Position numbers and translations under genes: made by a program
Notes under the pieces: generated by a model
Databases searched by the model: none
The model's input: the letters and a program-made list of their open reading frames with translations, nothing else
What the model was told of the DNA's origin: nothing
NCBI GenBank assembly: GCA_963668355.1
Contig: OY764265.1
Location: 2,304,001-2,368,000 of the forward strand
Source: Bdellovibrionota bacterium
Lineage (GTDB): Bacteria; Bdellovibrionota_G; JALEGL01; DATDPG01
Reading direction: 5' to 3'
DNA: 64,000 nucleotides
In this document: positions 47,217 through 56,860 of the stretch, in pieces
Layout: the number at the start of each line of letters is the position of its first letter
Position numbering within the stretch: position 1 is the first letter of the stretch

Positions 47217-49295
47217 CTATTTCCCCTCAAATTCTTGTGAGGTAACGGCCCCGATGCGGACCTCGGATAGGTCCTCGAATGGTCTCGTATTGTCTTTGGC
47301 CAAGGGAACGCCTCGAGTCATGAGTTCTCCCCATTTTTGAGGATATCGAGGTTTTTGGTCCGGGTTGACCAGTCCTTGTGGAATGAGAGGGTATCCTTGG
47401 TCGTCAAATTTATCAGAGGCTCCCATCACATGACCGATTTCATGAGCCAATCGAACATCCAAGAGAGGTTTTTTTATGAGGAGGGACGGAACGAAAAGAA
47501 TCCCTTCGCCGCTCGGCCGCGTTTCTTGGAAATCGATGGGGTATCTTGGGGGTTCGGTTGGGGTTTTGGGGTAGATATGAAGGAATAATCGTCCATGAGC
47601 GTTTTGTGGACGAGTCTCAGGTAAGGCGAAGTAACTTCGAATATTTTCAAAAGGCAATTTTGGACGAAAGAGTGTGCCATGCCAGGTTTGGGCGGGGGTT
47701 CCTTCTCTCCAAGACGTTAAGTTCAATCGGATATCAAACCCTTGTGACGAAAAAAAAGCTTCGACTCTTCGCAGCGCAAGTTCTAATGGTTCGGGAGAAA
47801 CATCCACTCCCTGCTCTAACGTGACGAAGAGTTGTACGGATTGAATGGGAACCCAAGCCGCCTTTGGGGAGTTCGCCTGGAAGATCCAAAAAAGGAACAA
47901 AACCAAACCGAGGCCCAAAAGAATGGGGGGTACCCTGGATTTCCATCTTTTGAGGGTTCTTCGAGAAGCGGGTGTATGGGAATCCGATAAAGAAGGTTTT
48001 GCGTATGCGTCCAAAGGTTCGGAAGGAAGTTCAGAGTTAGGCCTTGGGGCGGAAGGAGGGACATCTCCTTGAAGGGGAATATCGTCTGGCGGCGTTTCGT
48101 CGGGGGTCTTAGCGACTTCTTCGATGACGGGACGAGGTCGTTGAGACTCAGAGGTTGATACCTCTTTTTTGATCAGGGGGATCGAGGCCAAAGCATTTCC
48201 ATTGGAGGGATTGGAGACGTCTTTATTTTGGGGAAAAGAGACATTGGTGGTTTCTTGAGAGAGTGTGTTTTTGGACACAAATTCCGTTTTTTCAATGGAG
48301 GGCATGTCTTCCTGAGCGTGCACCGATAAACCGGTGTCTTCCTCCTGGAAGGCGGACAGATCGGGTGCAGAGGCCTTTCTCTTTTCGTTTTCGGCCATGG
48401 ATTCCGGGAAGAGTTCGAAAAGGAGGCGTGCGAAATCCTTCTGCGTAGAAGGAATTTCGATTTTCGGTAGGCGATCCATAAACGCTTTAGCACTTTGAGG
48501 GCGGTCACTTTTTGTTTTGGCCAGTGTTTCTTGCAAAAGATTTTTTAGTTCAGGATGCGCTGAAAATACGGGATCCGAGAAACTCGGTTCTTCGTAAAGA
48601 ATCAACTCTTGAATTTCAATGGAACTTGATGCGATGAGAGGTTTTCGCCCGGTCAACCCTTCGTAAAGAATAACCCCCAAAGAGTAGAGATCGGATAAGG
48701 CATCGCAGTCCTCTCCCGCCATCTGTTCAGGCGCAAGGTAGGGTAGTTTTCCAAAAACCACGCCCTCCACGCCACGTTTATGTCGTCCCCCGGCTGAGGC
48801 AATTCCGAAATCCGTTAATTTGCTTTCTCCGGTAGAAGAGAGAAGGATGTTTCCGGGTGTTACGTCTTGGTGCACAATCTTCAAAGGTCGCCCGGACGCG
48901 TCTGTGGAATGGTGTGCGTATTCAAGGGCCTCAGCAATTTGGTGAACTATGAGAATCATGACATCAACGGGAAGTTCCAATCGACGCCCTTGAATCTCTT
49001 TCAGGAATTGTTGCAGTGAAACGCCATCGACCCACTCCATGGAAACGTAGAAGTCAGACCCTGCGATTCCGGCATCATACGTTTGGACGATGCAAGGGTG
49101 TTCCAGCAGCGTGGTGATCTTGGCCTCCGAGAGGAGTCCGTTGACAAAAGATTTCAAGGAGCTGAATTCGGGCAATAGTTTCTTGATGGCGACCAGCTCA
49201 TCTCGATCCCAAGCTAGAAAAACCTCAGCCATACCTCCTTGGCCCAGGCGATCGAGCAATACAAAGCGACCAAATTTTTGCCGTTCAAAATTCAT
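47217..49295 (-). CDS. Hanks-type Ser/Thr kinase, Pro-rich linker, TM, C-terminal zinc-metallopeptidase-like domain
   Basis: GQGGMA, VAIK, HQDVTPGN, DFG, APE; TM ILLGLGLVLFLFWIF; HEIGHVMGASD. Confidence 0.88.
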   Translation of the reverse strand: MNFERQKFGRFVLLDRLGQGGMAEVFLAWDRDELVAIKKLLPEFSSLKSFVNGLLSEAKITTLLEHPCIVQTYDAGIAGSDFYVSMEWVDGVSLQQFLKEIQGRRLELPVDVMILIVHQIAEALEYAHHSTDASGRPLKIVHQDVTPGNILLSSTGESKLTDFGIASAGGRHKRGVEGVVFGKLPYLAPEQMAGEDCDALSDLYSLGVILYEGLTGRKPLIASSSIEIQELILYEEPSFSDPVFSAHPELKNLLQETLAKTKSDRPQSAKAFMDRLPKIEIPSTQKDFARLLFELFPESMAENEKRKASAPDLSAFQEEDTGLSVHAQEDMPSIEKTEFVSKNTLSQETTNVSFPQNKDVSNPSNGNALASIPLIKKEVSTSESQRPRPVIEEVAKTPDETPPDDIPLQGDVPPSAPRPNSELPSEPLDAYAKPSLSDSHTPASRRTLKRWKSRVPPILLGLGLVLFLFWIFQANSPKAAWVPIQSVQLFVTLEQGVDVSPEPLELALRRVEAFFSSQGFDIRLNLTSWREGTPAQTWHGTLFRPKLPFENIRSYFALPETRPQNAHGRLFLHIYPKTPTEPPRYPIDFQETRPSGEGILFVPSLLIKKPLLDVRLAHEIGHVMGASDKFDDQGYPLIPQGLVNPDQKPRYPQKWGELMTRGVPLAKDNTRPFEDLSEVRIGAVTSQEFEGK

Positions 49296-49304
49296 TTCCG
49301 CAGA

Positions 49305-50408
49305 TTATAACTCCGGAAACAAAAAAGGCTTGGGATCAATTTCACAAGACAATTTGGGTTTTTGTTCCGACCCTCTCACGTTCAAGACCAACTCTTCTCC
49401 CGTGACATCCAATAAGTGAATGGAAAGCGCAAAGCCCAAAATACTGTTTAACCCCGCAGAACGAGAAGCCTCCCGGCGGTATTGAAGGAGCGTTTTGGCT
49501 AAAGGCTCGTAGGGTTCAAAGGGTTTTTTGGGATCTTGAAGATGAGCTTGGTACCAGTCCAAGTGAAATTGAACCGTCAGACGAACTTCCCCCACCATAC
49601 AACCTTCGTTGCATCCAATGGTTAAGTCTGAAAATTGTTGGGTGACTTCTCCCACAGACTTGTTCAGGTAAGGGCGTTGAGCCACCTCTTCAAATCGAGG
49701 ATAGAGATACTCGGGTACATTTTCCAATCTCATCCGGATGAGATTGCGATTCCCAATTCCCCCGGCGGATTCTTGAAGCAGTCTTGCTTGCTGACATTGA
49801 TGAAAAATTCGGTTTCCAGGAATGCTTTCGTCGCTGGAACGATAATTATAGTCGCGAAGCAGATCCAAGAGTTCGGGGCATCTCTTCTCACGCACAAGAC
49901 GTTCGGAGAACTTGATGACGTCAAAGGATGAACATGGGCTCGTATCCGGAAGCGTTTCCTTGATCCAAGAAACGAGTTTTTTTCGGATGGAGGTCTCTTG
50001 ATTTCGGGGAAGGGCCAGGTCTCGAAATATTTTTCCTTCCTGAACTTGAATGAGGGTTCCAGATACGAAACCGTTGGGTCTTCCCGTAGGATGGAAGATG
50101 TTGAGCGCCCAAGGGGTTTGGTGTTGGGCGGCCAAGAGTTCCACTTGCTGATGTGATTTTTGACGCGTCATGGGAAGAAGAAGTACGGAGAGAGAGGTCT
50201 CTCGTTCAATGGCCTTCTTAAGTCCTTCTAAGGCATGAAGCGGGGAGTCTTTCTCCTGTGTGGATAGTGTTTTGGGTGCCGCGTAGATGGCCAACGTACA
50301 GGCGGTGGAGTTTGAGGCGGGAGTGGGGGGTGGTGTTTTTGAACACGAAAAGGTAAAAAGCCCCAAGACGAGAAAGAAAGCCAAGTTGCGGCCCGTTTGT
50401 AAGATCAT
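49305..50408 (-). CDS. Hypothetical lipoprotein
   Basis: Hydrophobic leader ending FTFSC; co-oriented 9 nt upstream of the kinase. Confidence 0.6.
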   Translation of the reverse strand: MILQTGRNLAFFLVLGLFTFSCSKTPPPTPASNSTACTLAIYAAPKTLSTQEKDSPLHALEGLKKAIERETSLSVLLLPMTRQKSHQQVELLAAQHQTPWALNIFHPTGRPNGFVSGTLIQVQEGKIFRDLALPRNQETSIRKKLVSWIKETLPDTSPCSSFDVIKFSERLVREKRCPELLDLLRDYNYRSSDESIPGNRIFHQCQQARLLQESAGGIGNRNLIRMRLENVPEYLYPRFEEVAQRPYLNKSVGEVTQQFSDLTIGCNEGCMVGEVRLTVQFHLDWYQAHLQDPKKPFEPYEPLAKTLLQYRREASRSAGLNSILGFALSIHLLDVTGEELVLNVRGSEQKPKLSCEIDPKPFLFPEL

Positions 50409-50449
50409 GGTTCGAATCTCCCTATTATATATCCAGTTTGGCGAATTGC

Positions 50450-50477
50450 TTGACACACCAACATCCACTCTTATAGT
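50450..50477 (+). promoter_or_regulatory. sigma70-like promoter of the nuo operon
   Basis: TTGACA-N16-TATAGT. Confidence 0.55.
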
Positions 50478-50501
50478 AACGCCTCAATAATAAAGGGAAA
50501 A

Positions 50502-50873
50502 ATGTTAATTTCATACCTACCCATACTGATCTTATTGGCTGTGGCGGTGGCTGTGCCGGTGGGGCTCATTTTCGGAACTTCCCTAGCGGGTCCCAAGGTG
50601 AGCCTAGATCAAAAGAAAACACCCTATGAATGTGGGGTGATTCCGGTGGGGTCTGCCCGTGAGAGGTTCCCCGTGAAGTTCTACCGAGTCGGATTGCTAT
50701 TTTTGCTTTTTGACGTTGAAGCGGCTTTTTTGTTTCCCTGGGCCGTGTTGTATCGGCCGAAACTCGCGGAATGGGGGTTTGAATTCTTGTTCTTCGAACT
50801 GGCTCTCTTTTTGTTGGTTCTGGTGATTGGCTTTGTCTACGCCTGGAAAAAGGGGGCCTTGGAATGGGATTAG
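50502..50873 (+). CDS. nuoA: NADH-quinone oxidoreductase subunit A
   Basis: PYECG, FDVEAAFLFPWA and KGALEW motifs. Confidence 0.96.
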   Translation: MLISYLPILILLAVAVAVPVGLIFGTSLAGPKVSLDQKKTPYECGVIPVGSARERFPVKFYRVGLLFLLFDVEAAFLFPWAVLYRPKLAEWGFEFLFFELALFLLVLVIGFVYAWKKGALEWD

Positions 50874-51361
50874 CCAAGTTTTCCTGGTCAACTCCTTTGA
50901 TCCAACAACTCAACACGGACCTCAAAACGCGGATTTTGGATTCGGGTGTGGAGCATGGAGAGGTTTGGGTCACCATTCGTGGGAAGGATTTGAAATCTGT
51001 TGTGGAACATCTTCGAGAGACGCCCGACTTTGCGTTTGATTCTTTGGTGGATATTTGTGGAGTGGACTGCTTAGGTCGCTCGCCTAGATTCGAGTCGGTG
51101 GTTCATCTTTACTCATCGGAGAAGAAAATTCGCATTCGCATTCATTGTCTCGTTCCTGATGAAAGCATGACCCTTCCTTCCTTAACGTCCTTTTGGAAGG
51201 GGGCAAATTGGCATGAACGAGAATCCTTCGATCAATATGGCATTCGGTATGAGGGACACCCAAATTTGAAGAAAATTCTCAATGCACCCAGCGAAAAAGG
51301 ATATCCCCAGCGAAAGGACTATGCGCTCAGAGGTGATCGAGAGGAAGACGAAGAACTATGA
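50864..51361 (+). CDS. nuoC: NADH-quinone oxidoreductase subunit C (start uncertain)
   Basis: ANWHERESFDQYGIRYEGHPNL..YPQRKDY. Confidence 0.92.
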   Translation: MGLAKFSWSTPLIQQLNTDLKTRILDSGVEHGEVWVTIRGKDLKSVVEHLRETPDFAFDSLVDICGVDCLGRSPRFESVVHLYSSEKKIRIRIHCLVPDESMTLPSLTSFWKGANWHERESFDQYGIRYEGHPNLKKILNAPSEKGYPQRKDYALRGDREEDEEL

Positions 51362-51852
51362 GCCTCGGCTTTTCTTCAGAGAATGAGAAAAAGCTGACCG
51401 CGTTGATTTCCAGGTATCCGCGTTCGGATGCAGCACTGATCCCTGTTTTATGGCTGGCGCAACAGGAGTTTGGGCATTTGAATCAAGAAGTCAGGCAATT
51501 GGTGGCGCAGAAGGTCGGCGTCTCCGAAGCGCGGGTTGAGTCCGTCGTTTCCTTTTATACGATGTTTCACACCGAGAAGCTTGGGAAGTATCACCTTCAG
51601 ATTTGTCGGAACCTCTCTTGTTCTTTGTGCGGGGGCGACGAATTGCAGAAGGTTGTGAGTTCGGAGTTGGGCATACAACCGGGGGAGACCACCCCAGACG
51701 GATTGTTCTCGTATTCTCTTGTCGAGTGCTTGGCTGCATGTGGGGGGGCTCCCGCATTGCAGGTGAATTTTGATTATTATGAAAACGTGACCACGGATGG
51801 GTTAAAAGAACTCATTTCAAGCTTGAGGAAAAATGGAAAAGATTCTGACTAA
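51358..51852 (+). CDS. nuoE: NADH-quinone oxidoreductase subunit E
   Basis: SFYTMF; CRNLSC..ECLAAC [2Fe-2S] ligands. Confidence 0.95.
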   Translation: MSLGFSSENEKKLTALISRYPRSDAALIPVLWLAQQEFGHLNQEVRQLVAQKVGVSEARVESVVSFYTMFHTEKLGKYHLQICRNLSCSLCGGDELQKVVSSELGIQPGETTPDGLFSYSLVECLAACGGAPALQVNFDYYENVTTDGLKELISSLRKNGKDSD

Positions 51853-53107
51853 AAACTTCGAGCTGAAAAATTCGCATACCCTGGAGGTGTATGAGTCCAC
51901 AGGGGGTTATGCGGGTCTTCGTAAAGCGCTTTCCATGAAGCCAAAGGAGATTCAGGAAGAAGTGAAAGACTCCGGCCTTCGAGGACGCGGCGGCGCCGGA
52001 TTTCCCACGGGCATCAAGTGGGGATTCGTCCCCCCCAATACCACCAAACCCATTTATTTATGTGTGAATGCCGATGAAGGTGAACCTGGAACATTCAAAG
52101 ACCGAGAGATTTTGCTTCGCGATCCCCATCGTCTCATCGAAGGCATCGTGATTGCCTCGTTTGCGTTGAATGTCCACACGGCATTTGTCTATTTCCGGGG
52201 AGAATTCGTGTTGGAACGAAAGCGCTTTGACGAAGCCCTCGAAGAGGCCACACGAAAACACTTCGTTGGGAAAAACATACTGGGAAAGAAATATGATTTA
52301 GAAATCATTTCCCATATGGGGGCGGGGGCTTATATCTGTGGAGAGGAAACCGCGTTACTCAACTCTTTGGAGGGCTATCGAGGTCTCCCGCGAATCAAAC
52401 CTCCCTTTCCAGCTGTGGAAGGTCTCTTTGAATGTCCGACCATCATCAACAATGTCGAAACCTTGGCCAATATTCCTTTCATTGTCGAAAAAGGGGCCAA
52501 AGCGTTTCGAAAGTTTGGAACCGAAAAATCCACAGGAACACGTCTATTTGCGGTGAGCGGCCATGTCCAAAAACCGGGAGTTTTTGAATTGCCGATCAAC
52601 GTCTCTTTAATGGATCTCATTCACGACCATGCCGGAGGTTTGAAACCTGGTCGTCGGTTGAAGGCTGTGATCCCAGGAGGGTCTTCCGCTCCTGTTTTAC
52701 GAGCGGATGAATGCGATGTGAAGATGGATTACGAATCCCTGGCTGAAAAAGGAACCATGGCCGGATCCGGTGCCGTAATTGTAATGGATGACACGACGGA
52801 CATGGTCAAAGCGTTACGCATTCTCATGGAATTCTACGCCCATGAATCGTGTGGCCAATGCACGCCTTGTCGAGAGGGTTGCCGATGGCTGCTCAACTTG
52901 GTCCAAAGACTGGATCGTGGAGAGGCCCGACCCAAGGATCTCGATCTCTTATTTGAAATATGCAAACAGATGAAGGGAAAAACCATTTGTGTTTTCTCGG
53001 AGGCCGCTGCGGCCCCCATCGAAAGCTTTGTTACGAAATTCCGGGAAGAGTTTGTCGCGAAGATTTCTGAGACGAAAACCTTACCCATCGCGGAGGCTAC
53101 GGCATGA
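51833..53107 (+). CDS. nuoF: NADH-quinone oxidoreductase subunit F
   Basis: GRGGAGF, NADEGEPG, GAYICGEETAL and SCGQCTPCREG motifs. Confidence 0.97.
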   Translation: MEKILTKNFELKNSHTLEVYESTGGYAGLRKALSMKPKEIQEEVKDSGLRGRGGAGFPTGIKWGFVPPNTTKPIYLCVNADEGEPGTFKDREILLRDPHRLIEGIVIASFALNVHTAFVYFRGEFVLERKRFDEALEEATRKHFVGKNILGKKYDLEIISHMGAGAYICGEETALLNSLEGYRGLPRIKPPFPAVEGLFECPTIINNVETLANIPFIVEKGAKAFRKFGTEKSTGTRLFAVSGHVQKPGVFELPINVSLMDLIHDHAGGLKPGRRLKAVIPGGSSAPVLRADECDVKMDYESLAEKGTMAGSGAVIVMDDTTDMVKALRILMEFYAHESCGQCTPCREGCRWLLNLVQRLDRGEARPKDLDLLFEICKQMKGKTICVFSEAAAAPIESFVTKFREEFVAKISETKTLPIAEATA

Positions 53108-54165
53108 TTCTCTTTGATGATACGTGGTTGGGTGCGGTGTTGAGAATTGCCCTTGTGGTTGGGCTCGCGTTTGGGGGCTTTGTCTATGTGCTGGTGTATG
53201 CCGAACGCCGAGTGAGTGCTTTTTTGCAAGATCGATTGGGGCCCAATCGTGTGGGACCGTTCGGTTTGCTTCAAGGTTTGGCCGATGGAATCAAATTCTT
53301 TTTCAAAGAAGATGTCATGCCGGCGGGCGCACATAAGATTCTTTTCCTGGCGGCGCCTTTTGCCGCGGTCTTTCCGGCTATGATGGCCTTGGCCGTTCTT
53401 CCCTTGGGGGTGCGAAGAATTCAGGATCAATGGATTCCTCTTCAAATCGCAAATATAGATGTTGGGATTCTCTTTCTTCTATCCGTGGCTTCTCTCGGTG
53501 TGTTTTCCATCATTCTAGGAGGCTGGGCTTCCAATAGTAAATATCCCCTTTTGGGTAGCTTTCGGGCGGCCGCTCAAATGATCAGTTATGAAATACCGTT
53601 GGGGTTGGCGGTGATGAGTGTAATCGTTCTGGCGGGATCCGCTCGTCTGGTGGACATCGTGGAAATGCAAACGCATGCATGGTTTATTTTTCTTACCCCT
53701 TTAGGGTTTATTTTGTTTCTGGTTTCCATGTTTGCTGAAACGAATCGCTTGCCCTTTGACTTGCCCGAGGGGGAAACGGAAATCATCGGGTTTCATGCAG
53801 AATATTCCAGTATGAAGTTTGCGATGTTCTTCATGGCCGAATACGTGAATATGTTCACGATCTCGACACTCTTGGTTTTGTTATTTCTGGGAGGATGGGA
53901 GTTCCTTCCCTTTGTGAGTTGGAATGATGTGGGCTCCCTTTGGGGGATCGATTTCTACCGTCATCATGTTCTCTGGGTGATTCCAACCTTCTGGTTGCTC
54001 GGAAAGGTTTTGTTTTTCTTGTTTCTCTTTATTTGGGTGAGATGGACGCTTCCGCGATTTCGATATGATCAATTGATGAGTTTGGGATGGAAACGAATGA
54101 TTCCGTTGGGGCTTTTGAATCTCTTATGGGTCGTGATGGTTGCGGCAGGAATTGAGGTGTTTTGA
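53104..54165 (+). CDS. nuoH: NADH-quinone oxidoreductase subunit H
   Basis: RLGPNRVG, AETNRLPFDLPEGE and LPRFRYDQLM motifs. Confidence 0.97.
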   Translation: MILFDDTWLGAVLRIALVVGLAFGGFVYVLVYAERRVSAFLQDRLGPNRVGPFGLLQGLADGIKFFFKEDVMPAGAHKILFLAAPFAAVFPAMMALAVLPLGVRRIQDQWIPLQIANIDVGILFLLSVASLGVFSIILGGWASNSKYPLLGSFRAAAQMISYEIPLGLAVMSVIVLAGSARLVDIVEMQTHAWFIFLTPLGFILFLVSMFAETNRLPFDLPEGETEIIGFHAEYSSMKFAMFFMAEYVNMFTISTLLVLLFLGGWEFLPFVSWNDVGSLWGIDFYRHHVLWVIPTFWLLGKVLFFLFLFIWVRWTLPRFRYDQLMSLGWKRMIPLGLLNLLWVVMVAAGIEVF

Positions 54166-54668
54166 TGGCTTCCATGGCCTTCTACTTTTTTGGCGCCTTG
54201 GCCGTTTTGTTTTCCATCCTGGTCATCTCGCTTCGAAATCCGATTACGAGTGCTCTGTCGCTGGTCGTAAGCTTCTTTGCAGTGTCTGGCGTTTTTGTTT
54301 TGCTTCATGCCCCTTTCTTGGCCGTCATTCAAATCCTTGTATACGTGGGGGCCATTTTGGTTTTGTTTCTTTATGTCTCCATGTTGTTGCGATTGAAAAG
54401 TGCGGAGGTTTCTACTTCGAAACAAAAAATTCAACGGTACATGGGTTTTGTATTGGCTCCTTTAATGTTGGTCTGGTTTTTAGCGGCCATCGATTTGCCA
54501 CGAGGGGAGGCGCCTCGATTGGTCAAGGAGTTTGGTTCCATTGCTTCCGTGGGAGAGGTGTTACTGAAGCCTCAATTCTTATTGTTTGAGTTTGTTTCGG
54601 TGGTGCTCTTGGTGGCCATCATTGGTGCGGTTTTGTTGACCACTCGGACCCAGAAGGAGGCAGAATGA
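54162..54668 (+). CDS. nuoJ: NADH-quinone oxidoreductase subunit J
   Basis: QILVYVGAILVLFL; FEFVSVVLLVAIIGA. Confidence 0.95.
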   Translation: MMASMAFYFFGALAVLFSILVISLRNPITSALSLVVSFFAVSGVFVLLHAPFLAVIQILVYVGAILVLFLYVSMLLRLKSAEVSTSKQKIQRYMGFVLAPLMLVWFLAAIDLPRGEAPRLVKEFGSIASVGEVLLKPQFLLFEFVSVVLLVAIIGAVLLTTRTQKEAE

Positions 54669-54970
54669 TTGTCCCTCTTTCTCATGTTTTACTGCTGAGT
54701 GCGATTCTTCTCGTGATTGGGCTGGTGGGGTTTTTAATTCGTAGGGATGCCATTACGGTCTTTTTATCCGTCGAAATCATATTGAACGCCGCCAATGTTG
54801 CCTTCATTGGGTTCTCCCGTTTTTTGGGAGATGAATTGGGACAAGTTGTGGCCTTTGTGGTGATCGCGGCCGCTGCGGCAGAAGCCGCCATTGGTCTGGC
54901 ATTGGTGGTTCGTTTGGAAAATGAAAAACGCACCTTGGAATTGGATGATCTGAAGGATTTGAAGGGGTAG
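54665..54970 (+). CDS. nuoK: NADH-quinone oxidoreductase subunit K
   Basis: VEIILNAAN and AAAEAAIGLA motifs. Confidence 0.96.
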   Translation: MIVPLSHVLLLSAILLVIGLVGFLIRRDAITVFLSVEIILNAANVAFIGFSRFLGDELGQVVAFVVIAAAAAEAAIGLALVVRLENEKRTLELDDLKDLKG

Positions 54971-54973
54971 GGC

Positions 54974-56860
54974 ATGGAATCGAATGTGTTTTATATGCTC
55001 TTATGGCCCTTGTTGGGTTCTGCCTTTCTGGGCTTGAGTCATTTAGCTTTTCCAGGCCGATTGAATCGCTGGGCTGGATGGATTGCCTCCGGAGCCATTT
55101 TGTTGGCCTTTTTCAATGCCTATGAATTGGCCAAAGCTCATTTTTTTGGCTCAGCTGAGCCGCTTCTGACCTCTCTGGGAGATTGGATTGTCATTGGCGA
55201 TTTTCATTTACGTGCGTCCTTTTATTTGGATGGTCTTTCTTCCATTCTAGCCATGATGGTCACCGGAGTGAGCTTTCTCATCCATGTCTATTCGATTGGT
55301 TATATGTCGCATGACGAAGGTCGATCAAAGTACTTTTCTTATCTCAACCTTTTCGTGATGTTCATGCTCATTTTGGTGACGGCTTCTTCTTTGCCGGTTT
55401 TGTTTGTGGGTTGGGAAGGCGTAGGTCTTTGCAGTTATTTACTCATTGGCTTTTGGTTTACGGATCCAGAAAAAGCCAAGGCTGGAAAAAAAGCTTTTCT
55501 TGTGAACCGAGTGGGAGATGCCGGCGTTTTGTTGGCGATGTTTTTGATTTATACCACCTTTGGAACTCTGGAAATGCAGGAGGTGGTTCGTCTGAGTTCC
55601 TCCGTTCCTCTCTATTATAGATGGGTCCTTGAGCTGATCGGGATTCTTCTGTTTGTGGGGTGTATGGGAAAATCCGCCCAATTCCCCCTGTATGTTTGGC
55701 TTCCGGATGCGATGGCGGGTCCTACGCCCGTTTCGGCGTTGATTCATGCGGCCACAATGGTGACTGCGGGAGTCTATCTTTTGGGAAGAATGTCAGGGCT
55801 GTATGCGTTGGCTCCGATGGCGAGTTCCGTGATTGCTTGGGTGGGAGCGTTTACGGCCGTTTTTGCAGCCACAATCGCCATTGCGCAACAAGATATTAAA
55901 AAGGTGCTAGCGTTCTCAACGGTCAGTCAATTGGGCTTTATGGTTTTGGCTATGGGAGTGGGGGCTTATTGGGCTGGGATCTTTCACTTGCTCACCCACG
56001 CCTTCTTCAAAGCACTCTTGTTCATGGCAGCTGGATCCGTGATTCATGCTCTGGATGGAGAGCAAGACATGAAACATATGGGTGGATTGAGGATCTATCT
56101 CATTGGGACCACGGTTCTCTTTGCAGTCGGGGGCTTAGCCTTGGTGGGGTTCCCCGGTTTCAGTGGATACTTTAGTAAAGACGCCATTCTTTATGGAGCG
56201 GTTGAGAACCATCAGATGGGCGTGTTTGTGTTGGGATTCATCGCCGCGCTGTTCACGGCAGTCTATACAACGCGCTTGTTTGCTTCCGTGTTTTTTGGCG
56301 TTTCGAGAATTCCCAAAGAGTCTTTGCCTCAAATTCATGAGTCTCCTCCTGTGATGTTGTGGCCCATGGGTTTTTTGGCTGTCCTTTCTGTTTTTGGAGG
56401 TCTTCTTCCTTTGGCGGACGGGTTGAAGCGTTTCTTCGGTGTATCCGAAGTACATGCACATCATGGATTGCCATTCTCAGAGGGGCAATTGGCTTTGGTT
56501 GTGTCCGTGGTTGTGTTGTTCTTGATTTGGTTTACCTACAAACTCTTCATTGATTGGACGAACACGTTGGATCGTCTGGAAAGGGCGACTCGCGGGCTCA
56601 AAGATTTGCTCTCCAAACAATATCATTATGACGATCTGGTGATGTTCCTTGGGGGGGCGATGACCGTCTTCCTCGCGTGGCTGGCTCGATTGTTTGATGG
56701 GAAAGTCATTGATCGACGACTGGATCAGGTGGCTGGAACCATTCGTGGAATGGGACATGTTGTGGCTCGTTGGCAAAACGGTTTGGTTCAGTCCTATGCG
56801 TTGATCATGATTTTGGGAATGGTTCTTGTGGCTTTGGCATTGGTGTGGGGTGTAAAATGA
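54974..56860 (+). CDS. nuoL: NADH-quinone oxidoreductase subunit L
   Basis: GKSAQFPLYVWLPDAMAGPTPVSALIHAATMV. Confidence 0.97.
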   Translation: MESNVFYMLLWPLLGSAFLGLSHLAFPGRLNRWAGWIASGAILLAFFNAYELAKAHFFGSAEPLLTSLGDWIVIGDFHLRASFYLDGLSSILAMMVTGVSFLIHVYSIGYMSHDEGRSKYFSYLNLFVMFMLILVTASSLPVLFVGWEGVGLCSYLLIGFWFTDPEKAKAGKKAFLVNRVGDAGVLLAMFLIYTTFGTLEMQEVVRLSSSVPLYYRWVLELIGILLFVGCMGKSAQFPLYVWLPDAMAGPTPVSALIHAATMVTAGVYLLGRMSGLYALAPMASSVIAWVGAFTAVFAATIAIAQQDIKKVLAFSTVSQLGFMVLAMGVGAYWAGIFHLLTHAFFKALLFMAAGSVIHALDGEQDMKHMGGLRIYLIGTTVLFAVGGLALVGFPGFSGYFSKDAILYGAVENHQMGVFVLGFIAALFTAVYTTRLFASVFFGVSRIPKESLPQIHESPPVMLWPMGFLAVLSVFGGLLPLADGLKRFFGVSEVHAHHGLPFSEGQLALVVSVVVLFLIWFTYKLFIDWTNTLDRLERATRGLKDLLSKQYHYDDLVMFLGGAMTVFLAWLARLFDGKVIDRRLDQVAGTIRGMGHVVARWQNGLVQSYALIMILGMVLVALALVWGVK

